Source: a virus. From it: a stretch of DNA of 64,000 nt. The stretch lies in the IMG/VR virus record IMGVR_UViG_3300045988_082633; one strand, given 5' to 3'. The position numbers and the translations under genes are program-made. Below the pieces are notes generated by a model. That model was not told where the DNA came from and ran no database searches. It worked only from the letters and a program-made list of their open reading frames with translations. Positions 55,338 to 63,507 of this stretch are shown one piece after another. Position 1 is the stretch's first letter. Every line of letters starts with the position of its first letter.

Positions 55338-57752
55338 TTACTTATCATATTTATTTTTATTAGTTTTAGCAATTTTTAATTGAGTATCTATTTGATGTCG
55401 TTTAACTTCTCTATCTGCGGCTTTACTATAACTATCTGCTACAAGTTTTTCTCGTTCAAGTTGGATACGTTGTTGTTCAAGATTACGTTTATTTTCTTCT
55501 GCTAATCCAGCAAGACGAGCTTTAACTTCTGAATCATTGCTATCAGCAGCAAGCATAGACATATCAACATCAATATATTTAAGCTGCATTTCATAAGCAT
55601 ATTGTAGTTCTTTAGTTAATCTATCTTGCTCACCTTTAGCTTGAATCTCTCGAAGTTTAGCTTGAATTTCTTCTTGTTTTAACATCTGTTCCATTTGTTG
55701 CATCTGTTCTTCGTGTTGTCTTTTAATTTCCATAAATTTTTGAACAGTTGCTTTAATTTGACTAACATTATCTCCAGATATTGCAGCAAGAGCCATATCT
55801 AAATCTCCATTTTGTGCAGCACTAAATGCCCATTGACGAAGCTGTTGAATTTTATCAAGTTCTTTAGAATCATTACGAACTGTAGTAGAATAGTCAGAAT
55901 TTATAAAACTATCAACATCAAGACTTATATATCTACGTTTACCAAGTTCATCCCAATAAGAAGTATCAAGTCCTTCAACAAAAGCAAGTTTACAATAATC
56001 TAAATCTCTATTATAATCTGCTTTTCTAAATTCATCAAACATTTGAACAAGAATAACCATACCCATTGATGAACGAGTAATAGCTTCTTGTGTTGTTGCT
56101 GCTCCAGCAGATTGAGCAATATCTCCATATCGTTGCATATTCATATCTACCATTTCACGAGCTTCAAGTTTGGTAGACTCCATAAGATTAGTAAGTTGAG
56201 TAATATAGTCACCCATATTAGCATTAAGTAATCTTATTTGCTGCATTTTTAGAGAATTAGTATCTTCACTATCATCTATAAGAAGAACTCCATCTGCTTG
56301 AAGTTTATATAATTTATCTTCTGTATCAGAAGCAATAAGAGATTCAGGAAGAAGAAGAATTAACATTTTATTCTTAGCAATAACCATTTCTCTATGATAA
56401 GCAAATATATTACGCATAACTTGATAAGGAGTTACAAGTTTAATTATACTAAATTTACCCATCATAGGAAGAACTTCCATAATACCATTATAAGGTAATT
56501 TACCTTCACGATTAAAAGCTATAGGACGAGCTTTAATAGGATATATAGAGTTATATCTTCCGCCTATTCGATAACCTTCATAAACTTGTGGTTTATAAAG
56601 CCATTCTATACTTATATCTCCTGCTTGTTTATTAAGAGTATAATCTTCTTCAACAATACGCGTAGTTTCTAAACCAAACTCATTTATATAAGTAAGAACA
56701 CCTTGTTTTGCTTCGCCTCTCCAAACAACATGCCATACTTCAAATAAATTATTATTTTCAGCAGTAAGAGTTATAGGCTCTTTTTTAAACAATTCTCTTT
56801 CAGTTTTTGAAAACTTTTCACAAACATCAGAATAAGATTCAAACATTTGATTATAACTAAGTCTAGTTATGCCATTATTAGATGAAGCTCTTCCATAATA
56901 TAATTCAAGAAACGCTTTATCTTTTTTATCAAGAAAATCATCAAACATATCTATAATTTGTTGATAAGACATAAGCATACGTCTTGCAAACATATCATGG
57001 TCTTGAACAAAAAACTTATCATTAGGAATAGGATAAGCTTCAAGAACAGGAACATTTTCTTTAAATAATTTATCTCCTCTTACATCTGAATAAGAATAAC
57101 ATTCTCCAAGAGAAACAAAATTAAAGAAAGCAGAAAGATAAATAATATTATCTTGTGTCATTGAACGAATATAATCAAGAATATCTTGTCCTTGTTTGCT
57201 TTCATTATCAATATATTTCTCATTAAAATCTTTAATAAATGCTTCTATATCAGGCATAGCTTGTTGTGGATCAACAGTATTAGGATCTTGTCCTTGTTGT
57301 TGCGCTTGTTGAACCATAGCTTGATATTGACGTTCAAATTCTTGTTGGAATGCTTGTTGAGCAAGTTCACCAATCTTTTCTTTTAATTTTGCATTTTTAT
57401 TAATAATTATATCAGGATTGTTAGCTCCTACAACAAATTCATGAACACCTTTAAAATATTCAGATACATATCTACGAATAATATCTGACATAATATCAAG
57501 ATTACGCATAGTAGCAGGAAATCTAGTATATTTCTCATTATTACTATTATACGGATTAAGAGTCTTTTTATAAAACTCATTTGGCATATCACCTCGAAGA
57601 ATACCAAGTTTTAACTCAGTATCTGTTCTATCGTTAAAACTCAAACCTGCATCAATAACATAATCTATGCAATTAGCATACCAATAAGGTTTTCTTTTTT
57701 CTGTGCCACTAACTCTTTGTTGAGGAAAAGTAGCATTATACTTTGGCATCAT
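55338..57752 (-). CDS. portal protein candidate (804 aa)
   Basis: The size fits, and the gene lies immediately downstream of the large terminase (separated only by a 133-aa gene). The C-terminal region is a long Gln/Glu-rich coiled coil. The call rests on synteny and size. Confidence 0.65.
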   Translation of the reverse strand: MMPKYNATFPQQRVSGTEKRKPYWYANCIDYVIDAGLSFNDRTDTELKLGILRGDMPNEFYKKTLNPYNSNNEKYTRFPATMRNLDIMSDIIRRYVSEYFKGVHEFVVGANNPDIIINKNAKLKEKIGELAQQAFQQEFERQYQAMVQQAQQQGQDPNTVDPQQAMPDIEAFIKDFNEKYIDNESKQGQDILDYIRSMTQDNIIYLSAFFNFVSLGECYSYSDVRGDKLFKENVPVLEAYPIPNDKFFVQDHDMFARRMLMSYQQIIDMFDDFLDKKDKAFLELYYGRASSNNGITRLSYNQMFESYSDVCEKFSKTERELFKKEPITLTAENNNLFEVWHVVWRGEAKQGVLTYINEFGLETTRIVEEDYTLNKQAGDISIEWLYKPQVYEGYRIGGRYNSIYPIKARPIAFNREGKLPYNGIMEVLPMMGKFSIIKLVTPYQVMRNIFAYHREMVIAKNKMLILLLPESLIASDTEDKLYKLQADGVLLIDDSEDTNSLKMQQIRLLNANMGDYITQLTNLMESTKLEAREMVDMNMQRYGDIAQSAGAATTQEAITRSSMGMVILVQMFDEFRKADYNRDLDYCKLAFVEGLDTSYWDELGKRRYISLDVDSFINSDYSTTVRNDSKELDKIQQLRQWAFSAAQNGDLDMALAAISGDNVSQIKATVQKFMEIKRQHEEQMQQMEQMLKQEEIQAKLREIQAKGEQDRLTKELQYAYEMQLKYIDVDMSMLAADSNDSEVKARLAGLAEENKRNLEQQRIQLEREKLVADSYSKAADREVKRHQIDTQLKIAKTNKNKYDK

Positions 57753-57757
57753 AATAC

Positions 57758-58159
57758 TTAAATGTTTATAAGTTTATAATTATTAAAATCTAACACTTGT
57801 TCTAAAATATATTCAAGAAGATAAGTATATGGTTCATTTGCTTCATTCTTAAAACAAGGAATATCAATAAATGACAAAGTTCTCATAGTAGCATGTAGAC
57901 ATTCATGAGCTGCTATAGCTATTTCTTTAGGAGATTTAGGATGATAATGTAGTTCTATAATTCCATTACCATCAATATCGTTATACCAATATGATGCTTC
58001 TGCATTATCGTCACTTTCTAAAATTTGAGTTATAATACTATTCCAAGTTTTAGGACAATCATAAGTTTCAATCCATTCCTTAAACTCTTTGTGAGAACCT
58101 ATAAAAACAGTAATATCTCTTTTATAAAGTTCTATTCTTATATTTTTATATTTAGCCAT
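57758..58159 (-). CDS. small HExxH (zincin-like) protein, 133 aa
   Basis: EIAIAAHECLHATMRTL contains H-E-C-L-H in a helical context. The gene is wedged between the terminase stop (58161) and the portal start (57752). Confidence 0.45.
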   Translation of the reverse strand: MAKYKNIRIELYKRDITVFIGSHKEFKEWIETYDCPKTWNSIITQILESDDNAEASYWYNDIDGNGIIELHYHPKSPKEIAIAAHECLHATMRTLSFIDIPCFKNEANEPYTYLLEYILEQVLDFNNYKLINI

Positions 58160-58160
58160 A

Positions 58161-60449
58161 TTAAAACCATGCTCTTTTTAATATATTTTTATTATTACTA
58201 TTATCATCTTCAGTTATTTTTTTACGATGTGCTAAAAGTTTAGCAGCTTCTATATCACAAAGACGCCATTGAAGTGCTCGTATAATCATTTCAGAAACTC
58301 TATCAAAGTTACCAAGACTATTCCATTTTTTAAGTTCAAGAATAGATTGATAATCATATATTGTTTGAAATAAATAAATGTCGTTTCCTAAATCATCTTG
58401 CCCTACAACAGTATAAAGCATTTCTTTAAGTAAACGAAGACCTTCAAGTTTCTTTGTACCATCTCCCATGTTAACACCATAAGTAGACACAACATTACCT
58501 TTAATAGAAGTATCCCATATTTGTACTGGGTCTTTCATAAGATATTTAAGTGCTTTCCACTTACTAAAATTACTTACAGTTTCACCACGGTTTATCTCAA
58601 CTCCTGTTGTTCCAATACAATTATAATATATTGCAAGAAGCAAACAAACTTTATCAGCTTCTTCAAGTTTTTCAGGACGACCATAATATGCTGCAACAAG
58701 AGCTGTTTTAAATCCATTATATTGACATGGATTCATCCAAACTTTAATACTATTATGAGAATGCTTATTAGTAATGAGTTTGTTTTCTTTATTAACACCA
58801 ACAGGGTCATAACTAATAGAATATAGTCCAGGAGGTGTTCCTATTATTTGTTTTCCGTTTTTATCTATATGTGGAACTTGCATTGGATTAAACCATTTAC
58901 GAATACAACCATGAGGATGTTCATGTCCTTTACGAGGTACTCCTTCAATCCAATCATAAAAGTCTATATTATGTCTTCCTCCTTCAGCTTCTATACGAGA
59001 ATTACTTTTAAATATAACTTTTCCATTTTCTTCAAACAGCCAACCATCAGAATAAAATTTAAAGCTATTATCAGTTCTAAGACGTTCTTCCCAAGCCATT
59101 AGTTCTTCACTACTAAAAAGATTTTCTGTAGCAGAACTAAAAGATTCAGCTGGCATAAGAGCATATTGTCCAAGATAATTTATATAATCAGCAAAAGTTT
59201 TAGCTGTTTCTTTTTTAAGCTTTCGTTCATTATATGCAATTCTAAGTCCAAGTTCAATATTTGAATTACCATCTTGGTCCATAGCATATTGATCTCCAAT
59301 TTGACCTTGAAGACCCCAAGCATAAGGTTTGAAATATCCACAAATTTCATTTCTACTATCTTTATCCCAAACATTTTCAAAAGGCATAAAATGATAAGAT
59401 AAAGGAGAATAAAAATTTTGTTCAAAAGTTTGCATATTTCCAGAAGTTGCAGTACCCCAACAAAAAAGATTTCCAGTAACATAACTACCAGTTCTCATAG
59501 CAGGTTCTGTAACTCCCATAAAATCATCAAAGTTTTCCATAGTAGAAAGCTCTTCTACTTTAACATTAACTGCATCTTTACCAATAGCACAATCAGGATT
59601 ATTCATTGCAGATACAGTAAAAAGTGCAGAATTCCAACTTTTAGGACTAACTACTCCATTAGGAAGTTTAAAACCAAGACGAAAATTTTCTTTATCTGTA
59701 GATAGAATACCTTTTACAAAAGGTGTTTTAGTTTCAAAGAAACGAAGATTATTAATAGTGAAATCAGTTAAACCTCCTGTAGCTACAAGATATTTCTTAT
59801 CAGCAGCAACATGTATTTGAACTTTACGAGGTTGTAAATTTATAGTATTAGCACTATCGGCAGCCATAATATAAGAAAAACCACCACGACGAGTTTTATC
59901 TATTATAAGATGAAAACCGTTTCTTATAGCAAATTCCATTACATGAAATGTCCAAAACTGAGCATCTATAAACTTACTAAAATCATAATGTTTCTTACCT
60001 ACACTAGCTTTAGAAGTAGACTTAGTTGTATTTTCATCAAGCTGCTCAATCATAGTATAGTTAAGAAAATTATAATGAGAACCAGTAATTCTTATATTTT
60101 CAATATTACCATTACGTAAAAGACAAGGCATACTAATACCATGTTTTCTACGATATTCTTCTCTTTTTCTAAGTTGACGATGTGGAATAGTATCTTCTTT
60201 AAGAAAAGTATATTTTTTATTTTTACGATAAAAATCAGCCATTTCAGTAAATAAATGAGTATTAACAAATTTATCATCAGGCTGTATATTAAGAAGAAAA
60301 CCACCACTATCACCAATGAGAAAAAGATTATCAGGGTCATCATATCCAGCTTCTGTTGCTGTTCTATAATGACTTTTATCCTCAGATAAATATTGTAAAA
60401 ATGGATAACTTTTTATTACTTCTTCTACATTCGTTTCAATTTTCATCAT
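58161..60449 (-). CDS. terL: terminase large subunit (762 aa)
   Basis: IIDKTRRGGFSY is Walker-A-like, AVNVKVEELS is Walker-B-like, and YSISYDPVG looks like the first acidic motif of an RNase-H-like nuclease. The gene lies just upstream of the portal gene, and its size is typical of crAss-like TerL. Confidence 0.75.
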   Translation of the reverse strand: MMKIETNVEEVIKSYPFLQYLSEDKSHYRTATEAGYDDPDNLFLIGDSGGFLLNIQPDDKFVNTHLFTEMADFYRKNKKYTFLKEDTIPHRQLRKREEYRRKHGISMPCLLRNGNIENIRITGSHYNFLNYTMIEQLDENTTKSTSKASVGKKHYDFSKFIDAQFWTFHVMEFAIRNGFHLIIDKTRRGGFSYIMAADSANTINLQPRKVQIHVAADKKYLVATGGLTDFTINNLRFFETKTPFVKGILSTDKENFRLGFKLPNGVVSPKSWNSALFTVSAMNNPDCAIGKDAVNVKVEELSTMENFDDFMGVTEPAMRTGSYVTGNLFCWGTATSGNMQTFEQNFYSPLSYHFMPFENVWDKDSRNEICGYFKPYAWGLQGQIGDQYAMDQDGNSNIELGLRIAYNERKLKKETAKTFADYINYLGQYALMPAESFSSATENLFSSEELMAWEERLRTDNSFKFYSDGWLFEENGKVIFKSNSRIEAEGGRHNIDFYDWIEGVPRKGHEHPHGCIRKWFNPMQVPHIDKNGKQIIGTPPGLYSISYDPVGVNKENKLITNKHSHNSIKVWMNPCQYNGFKTALVAAYYGRPEKLEEADKVCLLLAIYYNCIGTTGVEINRGETVSNFSKWKALKYLMKDPVQIWDTSIKGNVVSTYGVNMGDGTKKLEGLRLLKEMLYTVVGQDDLGNDIYLFQTIYDYQSILELKKWNSLGNFDRVSEMIIRALQWRLCDIEAAKLLAHRKKITEDDNSNNKNILKRAWF

Positions 60450-60450
60450 A

Positions 60451-60840
60451 TTATTTCAGTAATAATAATAAAGTTACAATAGATAATACTATTCCTCCAC
60501 CAATAGTAATGTTTCTTTGGTAAACAGCTTTTTTATAAGCTTTATTTAACAAAATATTACTACTTTTATAATGTTGTATAACAATACTATCGTTTACTAT
60601 AATACTTTTAAGACTTTTATTAATTTTCTTTTCATAATCAAGTTCTATAAGTTTACTATTTGCTAATCTTAAATCATTATAAGAAATAAGAACTGAATCT
60701 TTAACAATAGTATCTTTAACAACCACACCCCCCGTAGAAGAGTTTGTACAGGTTAAGTGTGTATTATTTGCCAATAAGGTGATAGAACAATTTAAGAGTA
60801 CTATCATTGTCAAGGCTTTTAATTTCAATAGATTTAACAT
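60451..60840 (-). CDS. two-anchor envelope protein (N-terminal signal/lipobox-like segment with Cys, C-terminal TM), unimolecular-spanin-like architecture, 129 aa
   Basis: The N-terminus is MLNLLKLKALTMIVLLNCSITLLA and the C-terminus is ITIGGGIVLSIVTLLLLLK. The ORF overlaps the upstream 95-aa ORF by 77 nt in another frame and carries motif copy 13. Confidence 0.4.
   Translation of the reverse strand: MLNLLKLKALTMIVLLNCSITLLANNTHLTCTNSSTGGVVVKDTIVKDSVLISYNDLRLANSKLIELDYEKKINKSLKSIIVNDSIVIQHYKSSNILLNKAYKKAVYQRNITIGGGIVLSIVTLLLLLK
60721..60747 (-). repeat. GC-rich dispersed motif, copy 13 (GGGGGGTGTGGTT family)
   Basis: Plus strand aaccacaCCCCCCGTAGaagagtttgt. It lies inside the 129-aa ORF and is read T-N-S-S-T-G-G-V-V. 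Confidence 0.9.
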
Positions 60841-61051
60841 TTTTAATACTATCTAAATGTTTAACTTCTATAATTAGTTTATTGTTATCTTTAGTAATAG
60901 AGTCTATTTTGAGTTCTTCTACGGGGGAGGTAGTTGATGTGCTCTTTAAAGTTAACTGTTTTACTATCGATATTAATACGATAAACAATGGTATAATTAC
61001 CATTATAATTATTTTTATAACAAGTAAGTTATTTATCTTTTTGCATTTCAT
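60764..61051 (-). CDS. single-pass membrane protein (95 aa), holin or i-spanin candidate
   Basis: MKCKKINNLLVIKIIIMVIIPLFIVLISIV is an N-terminal TM segment. The gene lies between the cell-wall enzyme candidate and the two-anchor protein and carries motif copy 14 (antisense orientation). Confidence 0.4.
   Translation of the reverse strand: MKCKKINNLLVIKIIIMVIIPLFIVLISIVKQLTLKSTSTTSPVEELKIDSITKDNNKLIIEVKHLDSIKNVKSIEIKSLDNDSTLKLFYHLIGK
60911..60936 (+). repeat. GC-rich dispersed motif, copy 14 (GGGGGAGGTA family)
   Basis: Plus strand gagttcttCTACGGGGGAGGTAgttg. It lies inside the 95-aa ORF and is read T-S-P-V-E-E. It is inverted relative to copy 13. Confidence 0.9.
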
Positions 61052-61664
61052 CTATATCCTCTTCTGTTATAAGTGTATAAGTAAAACAATTACCGTAAAT
61101 ATTAGCAGCTTTTTTAACAAGATACATAAAAGAATTAAATTCTTTAGGATCATTAAACACTTGACAACCTGCTGAATAATTATCTACTGTAGCACGAGTC
61201 CAAAATTCATTAGAACGATGAATGTTAATACCAAACATTCCTGTTTCTATATTTTTAGGATTATAATCATAAATATCATCCCTATTGTTATCACGATAAA
61301 CTTTTACTGGCTTATTTCTTTGACAAAGTGCATCATATTTACCACGATGTTTATCTATTTTATAAGTTCCTCTATACTGTCCAGGAGCAAGGATAGCAGT
61401 TCCTTTAGCATTAGATGGAGCTTTCATAAGAGAACTTCCTGGCTCTGTAGTAATACTATAAATTTGACGTTTCCAACCTATATTTGTATCATAAATAACT
61501 ACAAGATAATCATCATATTTATTTGTTACTTTATTATTTTGGTTACTACGAACACCAATAATATTTAAATTATAAGTACCTTTAGTAAAAAAAGCATAAC
61601 CTTTTTTATCAAATAGTTTCTTAAAATTAAAATTTTTACATTTACTATATAGTTTAGTTTTCAT
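61029..61664 (-). CDS. putative peptidoglycan-active enzyme (His...Ser-x-Gly-Cys motif as in YkuD-fold enzymes), 211 aa
   Basis: GINIHRSNEFWTRATVDNYSAGCQVF has a His followed 18 residues later by SAGCQ. This resembles the H-x(n)-S/T-x-G-C-I/V signature of L,D-transpeptidase-fold enzymes. Two membrane protein genes follow. Confidence 0.4.
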   Translation of the reverse strand: MKTKLYSKCKNFNFKKLFDKKGYAFFTKGTYNLNIIGVRSNQNNKVTNKYDDYLVVIYDTNIGWKRQIYSITTEPGSSLMKAPSNAKGTAILAPGQYRGTYKIDKHRGKYDALCQRNKPVKVYRDNNRDDIYDYNPKNIETGMFGINIHRSNEFWTRATVDNYSAGCQVFNDPKEFNSFMYLVKKAANIYGNCFTYTLITEEDIDEMQKDK

Positions 61665-62662
61665 AAATCGAATAATGTTTTTTGTTGTATATTATTATTT
61701 TTATTAGCTCTAACTTTAACCAATCTATCAGCAAGAACTGCATCTGCTTCTTTTCTACGATATCCAATTCTATACCAAGTAGGAACCTCAACTCCATTAG
61801 GATCTATTGGATATTGATTATGTTCATCTCTATATGGCATTCCATATTGATTTTTAATAAAAGGACTAGCTATATGACAAAGACCAAGTCCTACACAAGG
61901 AATGTCAAGAATAAGTTCTACCATTCTAGCATACATAGATAATTGCATAGTATAATGATAACCGTTGCAATTAGGAAGATAATTAAGAGGAGGTAACATA
62001 TATTCTGATTTTAGAATATATTCATTAGTTCTTTGATGAGGCTTACAAGTTTTATCTTTTTTAAAATAACCAGATTGAAACTGAAGACCATCACGATTAG
62101 TTTTCCAATCAAGAATTACAAAATCTTGATCTCTTATACAAAGAATATCTATAGTACCACTTATAAGATAATCAATAAGAAAAGCTCCAATTTCACTATA
62201 TATTGTATAACCTTTATCTGTGTAAAATTGAAATACACGATAAATTTCTTCATATTTATTATTTGTAGCTTTTTTAAATTCTTCTATATCAAGAGGTTTT
62301 ACATTTAGATAAGGAATATCTGCAACTGTTACGACACGTCCATCATCTATTTTAGTTAGATATTGAATTGCTTTTTTAAATATACTAACTTCTTTTATAG
62401 CATCTTCAAGTCCATTATGTGTAATAGTTCCTCTAGCACAAGCTTCATTTGTTATATCTTGCCATTGTTTTTCAAGTTGTTTTTCACTCATTCCAAGCTC
62501 TTTAGCTTTTTTATGAAGCCAATACTTTTTATTAAACTTAGGAACATAGTTGTCATGAATTAAAGTAGTAACAGAAGTATAACTGTTACCATTAGAATCA
62601 CTATATTTATGTCCTTCTTCTTTAAAATAAAGAAAAACTTCATCATACCTACTATCTCTCAT
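61661..62662 (-). CDS. PD-(D/E)XK nuclease, RecB/Cas4-like family (333 aa)
   Basis: YTSVTTLI, GTITHNGLE, GTIDILCIRDQDFVILDWKTN (the D...D-x-K core) and YTMQLSMYARM (Q-h-x-x-Y) appear in the order expected for this family. Confidence 0.7.
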   Translation of the reverse strand: MRDSRYDEVFLYFKEEGHKYSDSNGNSYTSVTTLIHDNYVPKFNKKYWLHKKAKELGMSEKQLEKQWQDITNEACARGTITHNGLEDAIKEVSIFKKAIQYLTKIDDGRVVTVADIPYLNVKPLDIEEFKKATNNKYEEIYRVFQFYTDKGYTIYSEIGAFLIDYLISGTIDILCIRDQDFVILDWKTNRDGLQFQSGYFKKDKTCKPHQRTNEYILKSEYMLPPLNYLPNCNGYHYTMQLSMYARMVELILDIPCVGLGLCHIASPFIKNQYGMPYRDEHNQYPIDPNGVEVPTWYRIGYRRKEADAVLADRLVKVRANKNNNIQQKTLFDL

Positions 62663-62969
62663 ATTTTATGTTGTTAATATGATTTATAATATTGGCACGA
62701 CATATCATGCCCCAAACTTTATCTATCCATTCTTGTTTAGATAAACCATATAAAGAAACTACTTTATTATACAAAAGTGTAATAGCTTTACGTTGTCCAT
62801 CATTAATTCCTAAATTATACGCATTTTCAATATCTATATTACGATCTTTTTTAATATCTTCATATGTATATCCTCCTAGTTTATGTATAATAGCAGTTTT
62901 AATACGCTTCGGCATCCATTGAACTAAGAACTGTTTGACCACCTCTACCAATTTCAGTTTCTTTTTCAT
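62652..62969 (-). CDS. hypothetical small protein (105 aa; a start at Met19, nt 62915, would reduce the overlap)
   Basis: Co-directional ORF that overlaps the upstream gene by 71 nt if it starts at the first ATG. Confidence 0.5.
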   Translation of the reverse strand: MKKKLKLVEVVKQFLVQWMPKRIKTAIIHKLGGYTYEDIKKDRNIDIENAYNLGINDGQRKAITLLYNKVVSLYGLSKQEWIDKVWGMICRANIINHINNIKYER

Positions 62970-63507
62970 ACATTAAATTTTGTTTAGCTTCTTCAAGTTT
63001 TTTAAGTATAGACGGAATATCTCCAGCTTTTTTACTAACAGCATCAATAAGATTCATAATGTTAGGAATTTCCTCTAATGTAATATTAGTATTAAGCTTT
63101 TCATTAAGAACATTGTTTATTACATCTATACTTAAATTTATATTATGAACTGTTTTTAATATATTTTCTACAACTTTACCTGCTTCTGTTATATTTTCAT
63201 CATAGTATCTACTAATAAGACGAATAACAAGTTTATCAGGTATATAATCTTTATCTAATCCTGCTTGCTCTATAGCTAATTTAAGAGCTTCTGGATCACT
63301 AAGACCAGATTGTCTAGCAGGTGATTTAGGATCACCAAGATAATAAATGACAATAGCTTCAGCAATATAATTCTTTTTATCAGGCGTTTTATCTCTAGTA
63401 TAAAGTTCTCTAATATCTCTATCTATGAGTTGTCTAACAGTAGGAGGTTTAGGCATACCATTATCATCAATAACGATAAGACTATCTATTAACATTTTAT
63501 TGTTCAT
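62899..63507 (-). CDS. hypothetical protein (202 aa)
   Basis: Co-directional helical protein. It lies upstream of the nuclease/terminase region, so a small-terminase role is conceivable, but nothing I can read supports it. Confidence 0.5.
   Translation of the reverse strand: MNNKMLIDSLIVIDDNGMPKPPTVRQLIDRDIRELYTRDKTPDKKNYIAEAIVIYYLGDPKSPARQSGLSDPEALKLAIEQAGLDKDYIPDKLVIRLISRYYDENITEAGKVVENILKTVHNINLSIDVINNVLNEKLNTNITLEEIPNIMNLIDAVSKKAGDIPSILKKLEEAKQNLMYEKETEIGRGGQTVLSSMDAEAY

Noticed and set aside
19823-60747. STGGVV as a protein-level repeat or shared peptide module.
   Set aside because: The same nucleotide core is also read as LYGG, LLRG and, on the other strand, SPV. It also occurs in non-coding DNA. 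The conservation is therefore at the DNA/RNA level.
121-60936. GC-rich motif as an ordinary rho-independent terminator.
   Set aside because: Only two subfamilies can form even a 4-bp CTAC/GTAG stem. No U-tract follows. Eleven copies are in the middle of ORFs that must be transcribed through, including two each in the 12.8-kb and 7.8-kb genes.
60721-60936. Invertible (phase-variable) segment bounded by motif copies 13 and 14.
   Set aside because: Inversion would disrupt both overlapping ORFs. The inverted repeat is only 13 nt and does not resemble known Bacteroides invertase sites that I can recall. No recombinase gene is present in the window. It could still be tested by looking for read pairs in the flipped orientation.
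4792-62922. Roughly ninety plus-strand ORFs of 60-240 aa in the supplied track. The longest are 52901..53617 (238 aa) and 52409..52867. There are also nested minus-strand ORFs in other frames (for example 5544..5789, 18931..19263, 43840..44046).
   Set aside because: Every one lies entirely inside a much longer minus-strand ORF. They translate to Ile/Phe/Asn/Ser/Cys/Lys-rich low-complexity strings with no recognisable motif. They have no flanking intergenic space, promoter or terminator of their own. Such antisense and off-frame shadow ORFs are expected in AT-rich coding DNA.
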